Shown here: one piece after another, positions 10,824 to 23,261 of the stretch
Numbering within the stretch: the first letter of the stretch is position 1
How the letters are laid out: the number at the start of each line of letters is the position of its first letter
Source: Ionaspis alba
Taxonomy: Eukaryota
DNA length: 64,000 nt
Direction of reading: 5' to 3'
Assembly: GCA_964255285.1 (NCBI GenBank)
Contig: CAXUUL010000002.1
Coordinates: forward strand, 1-64,000
Made by a program: the position numbers and the translations under genes
Notes under the pieces: generated by a model
The model's input: only the letters and a program-made list of their open reading frames with translations
Database searches by the model: none
What the model was told of the DNA's origin: nothing

Positions 10824-13800
10824 TCATGATCCGCGGAACAAGAACTGCATGTCCTCGGGAGTCAACCTCTCCATGGCGACCTCGTCGTTATTGATAGTGC
10901 CGTTGATCATATTCGCCTTCTTCTCTTGTAGCATAACCATGCGAGACTCAACACTATCTTCTATGCAGAGTCTCGTGATGACACAGGGACGTGTCTGCCC
11001 AATCCGATGACAACGATCAGCCGACTGCCACTCAGCGGCCGGATTCCACCAGCTGTACCGGTCAGCAAACTGCGAGAACAGATCTATATGGAACGTACAT
11101 ACGGATCAATGATGAAGACTCTAGAAGCTTCCGTTAGGTTCAAAGCAACACCTCCAGCCTTCAACGACACAAGGAAGACTTCGACATCCGTGGTATTCAT
11201 GAAGTATTCAATCGATTTTTGTCGCTGGGCAGGTGACATACTACCGTCGAGCATGACAGTGTTGAAGCCCGCGCGTCGGAGGCGCCACTCTACAAGCTGT
11301 AACATTGAAGTGAATTGAGAAAAGACGATCGACTTGTGAGTCTGCTTCTTGCTTCGCAGCTTGTAGAGGTCGTAGATAAGCATCTCAATCTTGGTCGAGG
11401 AGCACCAGTTGTCCATCCTGATTCGGTTGATGATTGAGTTCTTCTTCACGTTCTCCTCGTCCTGTTCGATGTCGGGCTGATCAAAGTCTATTGCAAGTGG
11501 GATATGGCAACGAGGGCAGTCGGGCTCCCTTTCGGTGAGCTCACCTTCGAAAGACCGAATGTAATCTTTAGCACACTTCCGACAAAATTCATGGTGGCAG
11601 CGCGAACGGATGGGCTCCTCTGCCGTCTCATCGCAGATAGAGCACACAAGAACATTCTGACCGCCCTCAGCACGTCGCTTTAAGATCAAATCAGGATGAT
11701 TGGCACTTTGGCGCATCTGCATAATAAGACCGAAGATATTGGCGTAATTGTTGAGCATAACACCTCGACTCACATAGGTATCGAATTGCCTGGTTGTATT
11801 GGTCATAATACTCGAGGCAAAGTCTCGTTCGATCTCGCCTGGGCTCTGAGTTAGTCCTCTGCGCCACCACGAGCCGATTCAGGACCACAAGAGTGTACCT
11901 ACCAAAAAACTCGTTGTGAATGATGACTTCTTTCGGAGGAAGCTCCATTGAGGCGGTATGATCTCGCTTGAGACGACGAAGCATGATGCGATCCTTAATG
12001 ATAGGTTAGTCTGTGGCCAACTGCGAGGACGGATCACGGATCTGTCACTCACGGTGATCAGGCGTAATTTGCCTAAGGCTCCACGGCGGAGCTCAGGATC
12101 ATCGCCTTGAGTAATGGGATTCAACAGCTCTTGATTGAAGATGGATACGTGGCTGAATCCACTATGATCGCAATGAGTGCACTTCTTCTCCTCATTTTGG
12201 GACCAATGTAGTTCGGCACATTGACAAATCTTGCAAAAGTAGCATGCGAAAGGTTTCACTTCTAGAAAACGAAGCAACGAGAAGAATTCTCCGATGCGGT
12301 TCTGAACAGGGGTCCCGGAGAGACACCATTTGAAGTCGGCTTTGAGCGCAAAGCAGGCCTTGGCAACGCTCGTCGTACGTTGTTTTATGTTATGGGCTTC
12401 ATCCAATATCAGACGGTGAAACTGGAGTGCGTGAATGCGACTGTTCTCCTTGACAAGACCATCATCCCGCTTCCAGCCCTTGGACTCCTTACGGTACATA
12501 GATTCGAGGCCTGAGTACGATATCATGATTACATCGTACTTTCTGAGGTCCTTGAGACCGAGTTTCTTGACCTTGGGGTCTGTATTGTGGTGAACGAGAA
12601 CCTTTAATTTGCCATCAGTGTACGCTACAGAAAAGTCAGCATTCCGCTCCGCATGTCTAGGAAGTGAAAGAGAGAGAGTCACCGTTGATTTCTGCGGACC
12701 ACTGCATAAGAGCCACTGGGGGTACCACCACAAGGGTTGGATCTTTAGCAGGATAATCGGACATGATGAGTGATACCGCCTGGATGGTTTTTCCCATGCC
12801 CATTTCGTCGCCGAGTAGTCCACCTTTCCACTGTGACTGTTCTTGTTTACACATCCAATCGAGTCCCTCTAACTGAAACGATTTCAATTGACGAGTGATA
12901 CCCTGGGGCTGTCCAGCTCTTTGGGGAACAATTGTTGGTACAGCTTTGAGATCATCCCAGAGCGTCTTGATTTCGGGATGTGCCTTTTCAAGTTTGGCTC
13001 GCTCCTTGTCCGCCTGGATCAAACAACCGAGTCAGCTAAGAGACAAGAACACGAGATACTTCACTCGCACCATACTCCCAAAATCATGATGTAGAGGATT
13101 CAGGTGACTCCGATGATCCTTGAAACAGCAGAGTTCGGAGCGAGGATACTCACCCGTGATGTCAGCCATGGCACCCGACGCTGTATACGGACCCTCCTAG
13201 TTGATCGTTGTGTAAAGTTAGTGGCATGCGTTTGTCGTCTACGTCCCCGACGAGATGGTACTGAAACTGTTCCTGAGGTCATCGCGAGGGTCCCAGGATC
13301 TGCCATGTCAGCTCGTCCAGCGGCTGGGTCATCAGCATCAATGTCAAAGTCGTCCTCAGGTTCCGAGTCCAGGTCGGAATAATATTCGGACAGCGCCGAC
13401 TCATTATCATCATTATCATTGTCAACGTCAACATCAACATCATGCTCTTCATCGAGCTCGTCGCTGTCCAAGAATCTCGATAAGGCTTTCTGTGCGATAG
13501 ATCTTCTCGCATTGTCACGAGCGGCGCGCGAAGGCAACGAAGTACGGCCAGCAATCTTGACCCTCTTGACCCGCTCATGGTTTGCTCCGACAGACGAGGC
13601 ACGGCTTCTCGGCAAGTCAGCCGAGTTGACTTGAGACGAGATCTCTAAAGAATCGCCTTGTTCGTCTTCTGAATCGAGTACCTTGTTTTTCCGTCCTCTT
13701 GAGGCTGGAACGTTTAGCACATGGCTTTGGGCATATTCTTCTTGTTGGAGAGCTTGGGCCAGGGTCTCGTCGTCCACGATCTGGACAGCAGAGTCACGGC

Positions 13801-14372
13801 TCGATCTACGCTTGCGCTTGCCTCTGCGACTGAGTAAAGCAGGTGTATCATAGCCAAGACCGCTGGTTTTGTCCAATCGCCTCATCTTACCTGTCTCAAC
13901 ACCCCGCTCTGCAGGGGTAACAGCGGCACTAGTATCGGGGGTGTCGTACTCATTGTAATCGTAAGAGAGTGCAGACGATATGGTGGAAGGAGTCTGTGAT
14001 GTATCTCGCCCTTCGGGTGCCGTTCCAGATTTGACCCAAGGAATTGCCACGGCCTTGAAAATCTTGGTGCCCGATAGCGCCATGTCATTCGAGATCCTGG
14101 GAACAGTGTCACCGTTATAGGTAGAAGTTTCCGAATCTTGTAGGACATCGCTCTTTGCAATTTGCAGCATTCTTGTTCGTGGACGGCCTCGCCCGCGGTG
14201 AATAGGTGAAGCTGACATGGGGCTCGTAGACTCCTCATTGGCCTGTAGTCGGACGTTTTGGGACGCTGTCCGGCAAATATGATAAGTGAGAGTTGGCTGG
14301 CAGTGAGGCCAGTAGATACGACTAACCTGATTTCCGTCTCTCGCGTGCTACTTCACCTCTTTCCCCAGCCAT
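10824..14372 (-). CDS. RAD16: Rad16 SNF2-family ATPase/RING protein of global-genome nucleotide excision repair
   Basis: [44 protein letters not shown]...CHHEFC..C...[37 protein letters not shown] and C-terminal MQFLFRGS*. Start MAGERG at 14372 is inferred via an intron at ~14266-14326. Confidence 0.95.
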
Positions 14373-15076
14373 AATGCTGAAGGGATTTTGAGATGAGCCC
14401 GTTGCCTTGATTGCCCAGAGTCGGTTGTATGCCGCAGAGAGCTCGAGCCTCCGAGAACGGATGAAGCAGAAGGAAGCCGAATCCACGTAAATGTGTTTTC
14501 TCGATAAATGGCTCCGAGGGGGCTCGGGTAGGCCGCTAGAGACTGTTGCTCGAGCTTTCTGGTCTTTTTGTGTAGTAGAAGTGCTGGCAAAGGAACCGTC
14601 GCGGTCACAACATCTGCTAGTATCAATAATGTACTCGAATTAGAACACCCGAGCTTTCGTTCTGATGAGACAGTTACTTGATTAACGAAAGGGTTTAAGG
14701 GGATTGGATTCCGAGAAGGGGGTGGCGATTTTTCACCAAGGGGACGTGGGGCAGGGGAACGCGGCTTTCAATCGCGTCCCTGGACAAGTAATGAGATACG
14801 CGAATCCATCCTGAGTCATTCTCTTGGATCGCGGTGTGGGAGTGCCCCTCTCTATTCTTTACGCGCCACCATCTCTGTTCAACGTTTGTGAAAAGACAGC
14901 CAGACAATCAAACATAAAGCATCTACACATTACTTGACGCCTCAATCCTTACACCAAGTTGCCATCTTCTCATTTCTGACACGCACTCATCCAGCTCTAG
15001 AAAGGGTGACCTTGCATCTGCAGCGTTCTTCTCACATCCCTTGTCCTGGGATACCAGTAATTACCGTCACTGCATA
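14373..15076. promoter_or_regulatory. Shared bidirectional promoter of RAD16 and RAD7
   Basis: About 700 bp between divergent starts, with five CGCG cores at 14759-14865 and GGTGGCG on both strands (14721, 14864). Confidence 0.6.
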
Positions 15077-17194
15077 ATGTTCGTCGCTTTACCGATGATG
15101 CACCACAATCCGATGGGTTTTCAAGGGACAGGCTAATTCTTCGCAGGTCCGGGCGGCGTGGGGTCAGCAATCGCATCAGGGGGCCGTGAGTCCATTGCCA
15201 ATATGATCCTATTGACGACTGATTTGATTGTACATACTGTAGACAATCTGCTCTGACGGACTTCCTTGCCTCAAACAACATCTCTGCTGTCCAGATCCGC
15301 GACGATTATGACCGTCGAAGACAGGCTGCACTTCAGGAGGCAGATGAGGAAGCAGATGAGAATCACGAGGTTGCCGGAGATGGAGAAAACAGAAATGATA
15401 GAGACGAAGAAGAGAGGCAGGTGGAGACAGCGGAACAGAAGAGAAAAAGGAAGAGGCGGGAGGACGCCGCGATCGCGAAGATCAAGAAGAGCAAGGACTT
15501 CAAAAAACGAAAAGCCTTTGCCTCTGGCGAACCCGATGGAGACGAAGATGCCATTGCCTGGGATATGTACACCAAGTCAAAGCCGTTACCGGGACAGCTT
15601 GAAAACTGTGAAATCTGTGATAAGAGGTTGAGTGCACTTTTTATGCTCCATTACGTCGTTCATCTTTGTTTCCACAACTAAACTTACTGTGCCCAGGTTC
15701 ACGGTCACAGCATACAGCAAAACGGGCCCGGCTGGCGGATTACTATGCTCCAAATGCTCAAAGGAATTCGAGGCTGAGAGGAAGAGGGAGTCGAAGCCAA
15801 AAAAGCAGACCACAAGTCGAGAAAAGCGAAGGCAGACCCAGAGCAATCTCCTCGATGGAATCGTGTGCAATGGCTCGAAGACGTTGCAGGAACTTTGTGT
15901 CGAGGTATGGGCAGCTTGCAAGTGCTTCCAAACCTCGTGCTCATTTGAGAGTAGAAAGTGGCCGACAACATCCATGATGTGGAGGAATTTGGCGATCTTC
16001 CCCAATCACTACTTGACAGATTCAGTCAGATTTTGTCACGGAGACGTGTAATCACAAGTCGAACTCTCGATCTCTTTCTGCGGCCAGACATCGACACTGT
16101 AGCCATCTATGATTGCGCAAGTACGTGATTCTTAGTTTCCTCGGTAAGCTCATCTGACTTATGCAGAACTCGAGGTTCCGGATTATATTAAGATATTTGC
16201 CATTGTGCCGAGGCTCGAGAATCTGAACTTACGGAACGCCGGTCAGCTGAAGGACGAGGTGTTCGATTATGTCCTGGAGAGGGATGTGCCATTACGCAGA
16301 TTACAACTGGAGGCAGCCAACCTGGTGTCGGAGGAGAAGTGGCGGGAATTCTTCCGCAGAGCTGGCCAGCGGCTGGAGGCCCTGAAATTGGCTTGGCTCG
16401 ACTATTCCATGGATGATGAGACTGTCCGACACTTGGTGAGCGGGTGCCCTAACCTTAGACGTTTGAAGTTGAAAAAGTGCTTTCGAATTGGCGATGAGGC
16501 TCTGAAAGCAATCGCTGGATTTCGACATTTGGAACACCTCTCGTTATGCTTTACCACACCAACATCGGCCGGCCGCATCGGACTTCTCATAAGATCCACA
16601 GGACCTAAGCTTCGGACACTTGCCCTCGAAAGGTTTGAAAATTTAGACGATCAAGTACTCTACGAGGTGCATGCAAATTGTCTAAATCTGGCTAAATTAC
16701 GCTTAACGGAGAATGACCTATGCACAGATGCTGCGTTCGCCTCATTATTCACCAACTGGGACAATCCGCCACTAAGCTTCATTGACCTATGCAAGAATCG
16801 TGATCTTGACCACACGAAACCCGATGGCCAGCAAGAACCTGTGGGACTGGCCACAGCTGGCTTCATCGCCATGATGGCACACTCGGGTTCGAAGTTGGAG
16901 CGTTTGGACATCAGTTCGAACCGACACATCGCTTACGAGGCTTTTGCCAAAGTTTTTGATGGTGTCAAGAATTATCCGTGCTTGAAAGAGATTAATATCT
17001 CATTCTTGACAAAAGTTGATACCGTCATTGTCGCCGGGGTTTTTAGGAGCTGCCCTCGACTTAACAGAATCACAGCGTTCGGTTGCTTCAGCATTCGCGA
17101 CGTCGTTGTTCCAACGGGAGTCGCTTTGATAGGAGTACCTAATGCACAGGATTCCATAATTCAAGAGGGAGGCCACGAAAATTCGTTGACATGA
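15077..17194 (+). CDS. RAD7: Rad7 leucine-rich-repeat nucleotide excision repair protein
   Basis: Spliced MSGRRG..NRIRGP|QSALTDFLASNNISA.QI, PLPGQLENCEICDKR|FTVTAYSK.GP.GGLLC..C, SKTLQELC, then an LRR-rich last exon ending RITAFGCF...V.LIGVPNAQ. The start ATG is split by intron 15079-15146. Confidence 0.93.
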
Positions 17195-17819
17195 TCCCGA
17201 TGGCTCGGTGTTTAGCCCGTGGCTCCACCAGGCGTACTGGATAGGGCTGTTCGCAATGGCTTGCATGGACGTTGGACTGATCATTTCATTCTCGACACGA
17301 CAATGTACTGACATGCTAATCCGAGATGCTAGGTGATGGATTTGTATCAGGTATCCAGTGGCTTGCATGGCAACACCAGGTTAGGGAATTAATCGTAATT
17401 TTGAGAGTATCTGTGGTCGATCACGAAAATGCTACTAGGCTCCAGCAGAATTAGATTATGTAACAGTTAGCAAGCTATGGCCTGTTTACCTAGTGCTTGA
17501 CATCCCTGTGCTGGCCGTCGAACTTTGCCACGAGCGATTTGCTTGGAAATGGATATTTTAACTGGCGAAGCGCCGGTTCCTAATGCCACGTATCTAGATG
17601 GCATACTGGCTCTAGATAGCTCGCCCCCATTATGCATTATTCTTCGCAAGCCCAAGCTAGGGTCTTCATTCTCGTGTGGTGAAATCGATAGCATGAGAGA
17701 TAGAGATAAGATTTGACCAGCAGGTAACCTCTAGGATGATATAGTAGTCGTGTTGGCTTTCCACACAACTTTGTCTTTGTATGGCCACGTCGACCCTCCG
17801 ACCCTGATACCCTGGCGTA

Positions 17820-20800
17820 TCAAGAACCTCTTCCGACAAGTCTCGCGCCGGCACTCGTCCTCTTCTGCAGCCTTGCGGTTTCTTTTTCTGACGGACTGGA
17901 CGGGGACTTGATAGTGGGAAGTGCTCCCAGCGTATCGACGCCATTACTCTTCACATTTCGTTGCTCAACATATAGCTGGGCAGCTGCAGAGAGGGGAAAA
18001 GCGGGTAAGTTAGCCGGGATTTCACCACCATTTTGAAGGAGCAGCTCAGCGATGGGGAATGCAGGTAGCTTTCTGCCGGCAGCGGTGGATGCTCGAGAGC
18101 TTGGAGACCCCGCTGCAGACGTGGAAGTGCTCGTTCCATAAGGAGACGCTGGATCAGCCGCTGCTAGAGCGAGAAAGACGGCGTGTGTATTCCGGGACCG
18201 ATCCGTTGTATTGGGATTGGCACGTAAAGCGATGGCATACAACACTTGCTGTATGTCATTCTTCTTGACTGAAGCAAGAAGAGTTTCATCGGGAGTAGAA
18301 TAATGAGACAAAGTCGACGAAATCGGATTGACGTATAATCGCTCAACGTATTTGTCTGTGATGAATCGTAGTCGTTGATCACGCGTTGCCTGAGGATGAG
18401 CTTTCTGAGACGGGTCAAGCTTGGCCTCCCAAATTTGGTTGCTCAGTCGGTTCCCAACTTGCATGATGATCTCCACGATGTCAGCGGTGAAGGAGACCGT
18501 GTCGAGGGTGAGTGAGCGGACTTTGGAAACGTGAGTCCCCAGCGACCGATGTATGCCACTGCATTCGATACATAACACGATGCCTAGGTTTATGGATACC
18601 CAATCGGTCTTCACGTTAGATCCGCAATCTGCACACCACACGTTTCCTTGGTCCCTTTCTCGGATCTCCTGTAACAGTTTCATGGGATTCTCTCCATAGC
18701 TGTTACTATCCGTGCGGACATAACTCGGTCTGGCACCAACTGTGGTGCGTCGGTAGACATTGTTTGCTGGGTTCGCGGTGTTGCCCCCGTTCGATGTCGA
18801 ATGGTGAACTTGAGAACTATGGTTTGAAGACGATTTCCCGGTAAGTACTGAGCCAATGTCCCGACGTAAAGAGCTTGAGCCCTCGTTACTGGGCGAGGGC
18901 GAGAAAGCCTGTGCCTGACCAGGACCCTCGAACGCACTCTGCAATGCGTTGTTCAAAGCATTTATCCAACTGGTCATATCGTCTTCTGAAGTTGCTTGAT
19001 ACACCCGCTTGTAGGAACGAGTGATAACCTCAAAGCAAAACCTTCGCTCGGCATTACGTGCTTCTCTAACAGACGCCAACCTGAGATCTATTGGTTCCAT
19101 GTGTAGATCTAATCGGTCCTTCCAATTACTGTACTCGGATAATCTGCCCTGGTCGAGGACTATCCAGAACCTGCCTTGGTCAGCTTCGACAAAGATGATG
19201 GTCCTGGGGTTCGTACTTGTGCCAGGCTTGCTTGTTCAGCCCACGAGGATCAACGTGAGACCCAGGCCTGCTCAATGCCCATAATAACCCTTCTTTGCGG
19301 TGCAATCCCGCAGTCTTTTCGGTATGAGTCGTAATGTTCTGGCTACGATCCTCAAGGTCTCGAATGCCTTTGAACCTATCATTGGCTGGACTGGTCACGG
19401 GCGTACCACTGACTGACCGAAGGCTGGGTGACGTTACAAGGGACGTGCTAGCGGGGACAAAAGAAGAGACTGCAGAGCTATGTGTCGATCCTATCGAGGG
19501 ATTGTGGTGCAATCCACTTTGGCCATCGCTATTAGATCGTACGAGCTGAGAATCGGGAGCATATCCTCCATTAGTAGACATAGCAGTGGAGGCCATCAAG
19601 TGGGAAGTTGAAGTCGTGTCTGGCTCGAAGTAGGCTTTGGTACTTTTCTCCAGAGTTCTCCGCTTCTCTTCCCGTTCCGTGCGTTGGAACTGAAACTCTT
19701 TATCGGCTTCGTTGACCTCACGAATCAAGGCCTCTAGTTGAGGCACCATCTCTCCAACCTTCTTAGCGGTTGAGAGAAAACTCTTGGCTTGTGTGTCCGC
19801 AAACCGAGTCAGCTGAGAAAGAACCTCCTGTTCTTTCCGTCCGCCATGTAGATCCTGCATAAAAGACGAGTAATCGAATCTTTTCAGCTCGAAGGTTCGT
19901 CTCTTATTCTGATATTTGGAATCGCTCTCTATGCGTTTCTTCTCCTTCAACGAATCCTGCCGTTGTCCAAGATACCGGCTAACATACGCGTAATACTCTT
20001 TGCTTTCCTCCTCAAAATCCTTCTTCTTGAATTCAGCCTGTTTGATATCGATGTTGTAAAGTTTCGATAATGGATCGATGATAAGTTTTTGCAGATTGAC
20101 GGTGTTCTGTTTCTCGTAGAGAAGTATTTGTCGCGCAATCTTCTCAAAATAATGCTCTAGCGCGGGCTGAACGGCATTGGCATTAGAGGCAGAGGCTTCT
20201 CTTAATGCCTCCATAAACCCTGATACACATTCGTTGCACTCGACCTGGGCTGCTTGAGCAGCCTCCGCCTTCCTCAGCACCTTCTTCATTCTGGACCGCA
20301 TGTTGCCTGTCTTTTGCTCGAGTGCTTTCATTGTGGCTCGAAAGAGAGGGCCGTCTTCCACAGCACTCATGTCTTCGCCAGGTCTTTGGCATGCTACGTC
20401 GACAACGGTGAGGTCTTTCGGCGGTGGATGGAGCATCGAAATACTACTGTTGCTGTTCTCCACAGGGGACGGCAAATCTTGACTCTCGCTGGGTCCCTCC
20501 GAGTCACTGAGGGCAGAGATGATGGATTGCGACGAAGGTAACCGTAGTCGGGGTGGAGCAAGCATTTCGTACTGTGGAGACATAATTAAGGGGGTATGGA
20601 GGCTGCGCTGCACACTTTGGACCCAAAAAGAGAAAGTTGCAAGGGTGTTCAGCCTGTGGGCCCTCTGATCATATTCGACAAAGGTGCAGGTATTCCGCCA
20701 CCCCCCTCCTCTATCCTCGGTCAGCTTGGGAGGTCGCCACTTCCAAGACCAATCAAGCTGGACTGATGCATTGCCAGCAGTGGAGCATTCCGACACTACC

Positions 20801-21390
20801 AGTTCAACATTCGAGTTTTTGTGAAGGTTAGGGTCTGCATGGAATTCTCTCGTGACCAGCACCTCGAGGTCTTTGTGATTCGAAGCAAAGGCAAAAGTAA
20901 GTCCATTGATGGCAGTCTCGACCGGGATATTATTAGAATGTGCATTGCTTGTCGGTGAGTTGTGGCTCTGCCGTATGACGCATGTGAAATTTAAGTTTAG
21001 TTCATCGTCATTGTTGAGACGGAGAAGGAACGACGGTTGCGATGATGCTGAGGGGGGATCGGGATCCTGTATAAATAGAGCAGATGCATCAGTCACTGGA
21101 GTTTCTAAAGCATAGGCGGCCCATCTTCTTAGTCTATACCTGTATGTACTCGATGGGACTATCGTCTCCTATGTCTCTCTTGGCTGTGACTCGAGTAGCT
21201 GGGAATGAGTTGGGGGCGATTGAAAGCACAATGCGGCGCCGTGAATTTGTGACCTTGAGAGAGGTTATAGAGACTAATGAGGACTTGATTAGCAAAGCCG
21301 CTGTATTTTGGTGATCCTTTATTTACATCGCGTTTGGTCCTTTAGATGCAGAGCTCCTCCGTCATCCGGCCGACTCCCAATATTTCCCAT
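17820..21390 (-). CDS. BAR-PH-ArfGAP protein (ACAP/centaurin-beta-like; S. pombe Csx2-like)
   Basis: EDGPLFRATMKALEQKT (BAR), RKEGLLWALSRPG...WHK|FWIVL and ERRFCFEVIT...YQATSE (PH), and the ArfGAP zinc finger CADCGS...WVSINLGIVLCIECSGIHRSLGTHVSKVRSLTLD. Starts MGNIGSR at 21390. Confidence 0.92.
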
Positions 21391-21936
21391 TATCGAGAGG
21401 CGCAACGAATGCCGAAGAAGAGGCTGTGCAGAGACAGATCTTGTTCCGAGGATGAGGCTCGCGCAGGCAACAGAGGCAACCACTAGCCACGACCCAAAAG
21501 GTCTGAACCGGTCCCCGACCAGGTCTGCATAGACGAAGAGTAGTAGCCGGTACAAGTGACAACAATAATAGAACTGTGGTTGGTACTGGTAATGATGATT
21601 AGCGCTTAAGACTAGGATCTCATGAGTCCTCAGGCCTGTCCAGACATCGGGGGAGTTTGGTAGGGCTGATGGGCGGGCTTAGCTTGTTCCGCCCGCGTCG
21701 CGTGAAACACGAAAGACGGGCGAGGGGCGCCAGGGGCGTAGATCTAGGGGACGTGGTGAGGGGTTTTCAACCTCGGCATCCACCGGGACTTTCTCGTTAC
21801 CAATGACTACATACCTAAGTACTCTCCTCTTTTATTATGACAATGATGTCCGTGAAGCTCCTACCTTTTCTATGCCATTGGTTTCCAGACATGGTATCAT
21901 AGCACTGCTCTTTTCTAACCTAGGCGGACCTCCAGA

Positions 21937-22889
21937 ATGCAATCTTTCGAAGAAGCCACTACAGTCAAGTCACTCGGCTCCCATACATATTCCGCCTTCT
22001 TTCAAGCCGAATGGTGCATAGGCGATGGTGAGCAGGTTCTCTGTTGTTCGAATGTTCGTTGCTTAGACACTTAGTGCCCCATGGCGGCATGGTCACTTCG
22101 ACCATCATGCGGGTTAGCGATCTCCACTTCAATACCACTCTGAACTCTCTTAGACAACCGCACTGTACAACCATCTATTTGACTTTTCCACGACGTACTT
22201 CGCACGGTGCGGCGACCGTAACGGTCAAAGACATCAAGCTTGGTCGTAAGACCTCAACAATCCATGTCAGCCTAGTCCAAGGCAAAGATCGAGAAGAGGT
22301 CGTTGGATACATCACGCACTCCAACATTGCGATCGAGTCAGGACTCAGTCTAGAAACCGACTGGGCTCTTTCACCCTTGCCTTATGCCGTGAATCTTGCC
22401 CTCTTGGGGCAAGATCGAGATCCATACTGGAAGCTTCAGTCGGATATGCCGTTCGCATCCTTCCGCAAAGCCTCAAACCATCTCGACTTCTTCTTACCCC
22501 GAAATGGTCAATTTGGGAATAGTCTCGCGGACGAATGGATTCGTTTTTCGAACGGCGAGCGGTTCACTACATCATCCTTAGGCTTTGTAGCCGACATGTG
22601 GCCACAACTCGTGGAAGCCTATCGGGAAAGTGACCCGAAGGTCGCCAAAGGTAAGTTCTGGTATCCCACCTTGCTGTTGAATCTTGAAATCAAAAAGCCT
22701 TTACCTTCGGAGGGCCTGGAATGGTTATTTGTCCGAGTACGAGCAAAACAGATCAAGAACGGACGAATGGACCTTGAAGTAGTAGTGTTAGACGAAGCTA
22801 GTGATATTATGGCGATCAGCAATCATGTCAGTTTCATTATGGACGCAGCGAGGAACACTGCGAAAAGGCAAGGGAAAGAGAAGCTATGA
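21937..22889 (+). CDS. Thioesterase-like (double hotdog fold) protein
   Basis: MQSFEEATTVKSLGSHTYSA..QAEWCIG|.VPHGG, VKDIKLGRKTSTIHVSL, WYPTLLLNLEIKK.LP.EG.EWLFVRV..KQIKNGRMDLEV.VLDE. One intron at ~22028-22074. Confidence 0.85.
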
Positions 22890-23261
22890 AGACATCAACA
22901 TAGCGTCATCAGAACTTGCTTAGTCCATACTGGCGGTACCCTTGTGTTGACGTCGCCAGGTTCCAGAAGCTCCCTTAGCTGGGATCGCAATACCTGCGAC
23001 TATGTAGAATGATTTAGATGAGAAATAGGCAAAGTTCTAATACGAGTATATCCAACGATACATAACAAATACAATGCCGATACTAAACAGAGCGGCAATT
23101 GTAGGCAAGAAGACTACCCCCTTTCCCGAAACAGCCGGCACTCCGAACGTCGATCAGAGACAAGAAATCGCCAAACGAAGAAGTGCAAACAGAAACACGC
23201 GGGGAATCATTCGATCAATCAAGGAGAAAAACCCACCCATACCGGAAATCTGGCTCTATCT

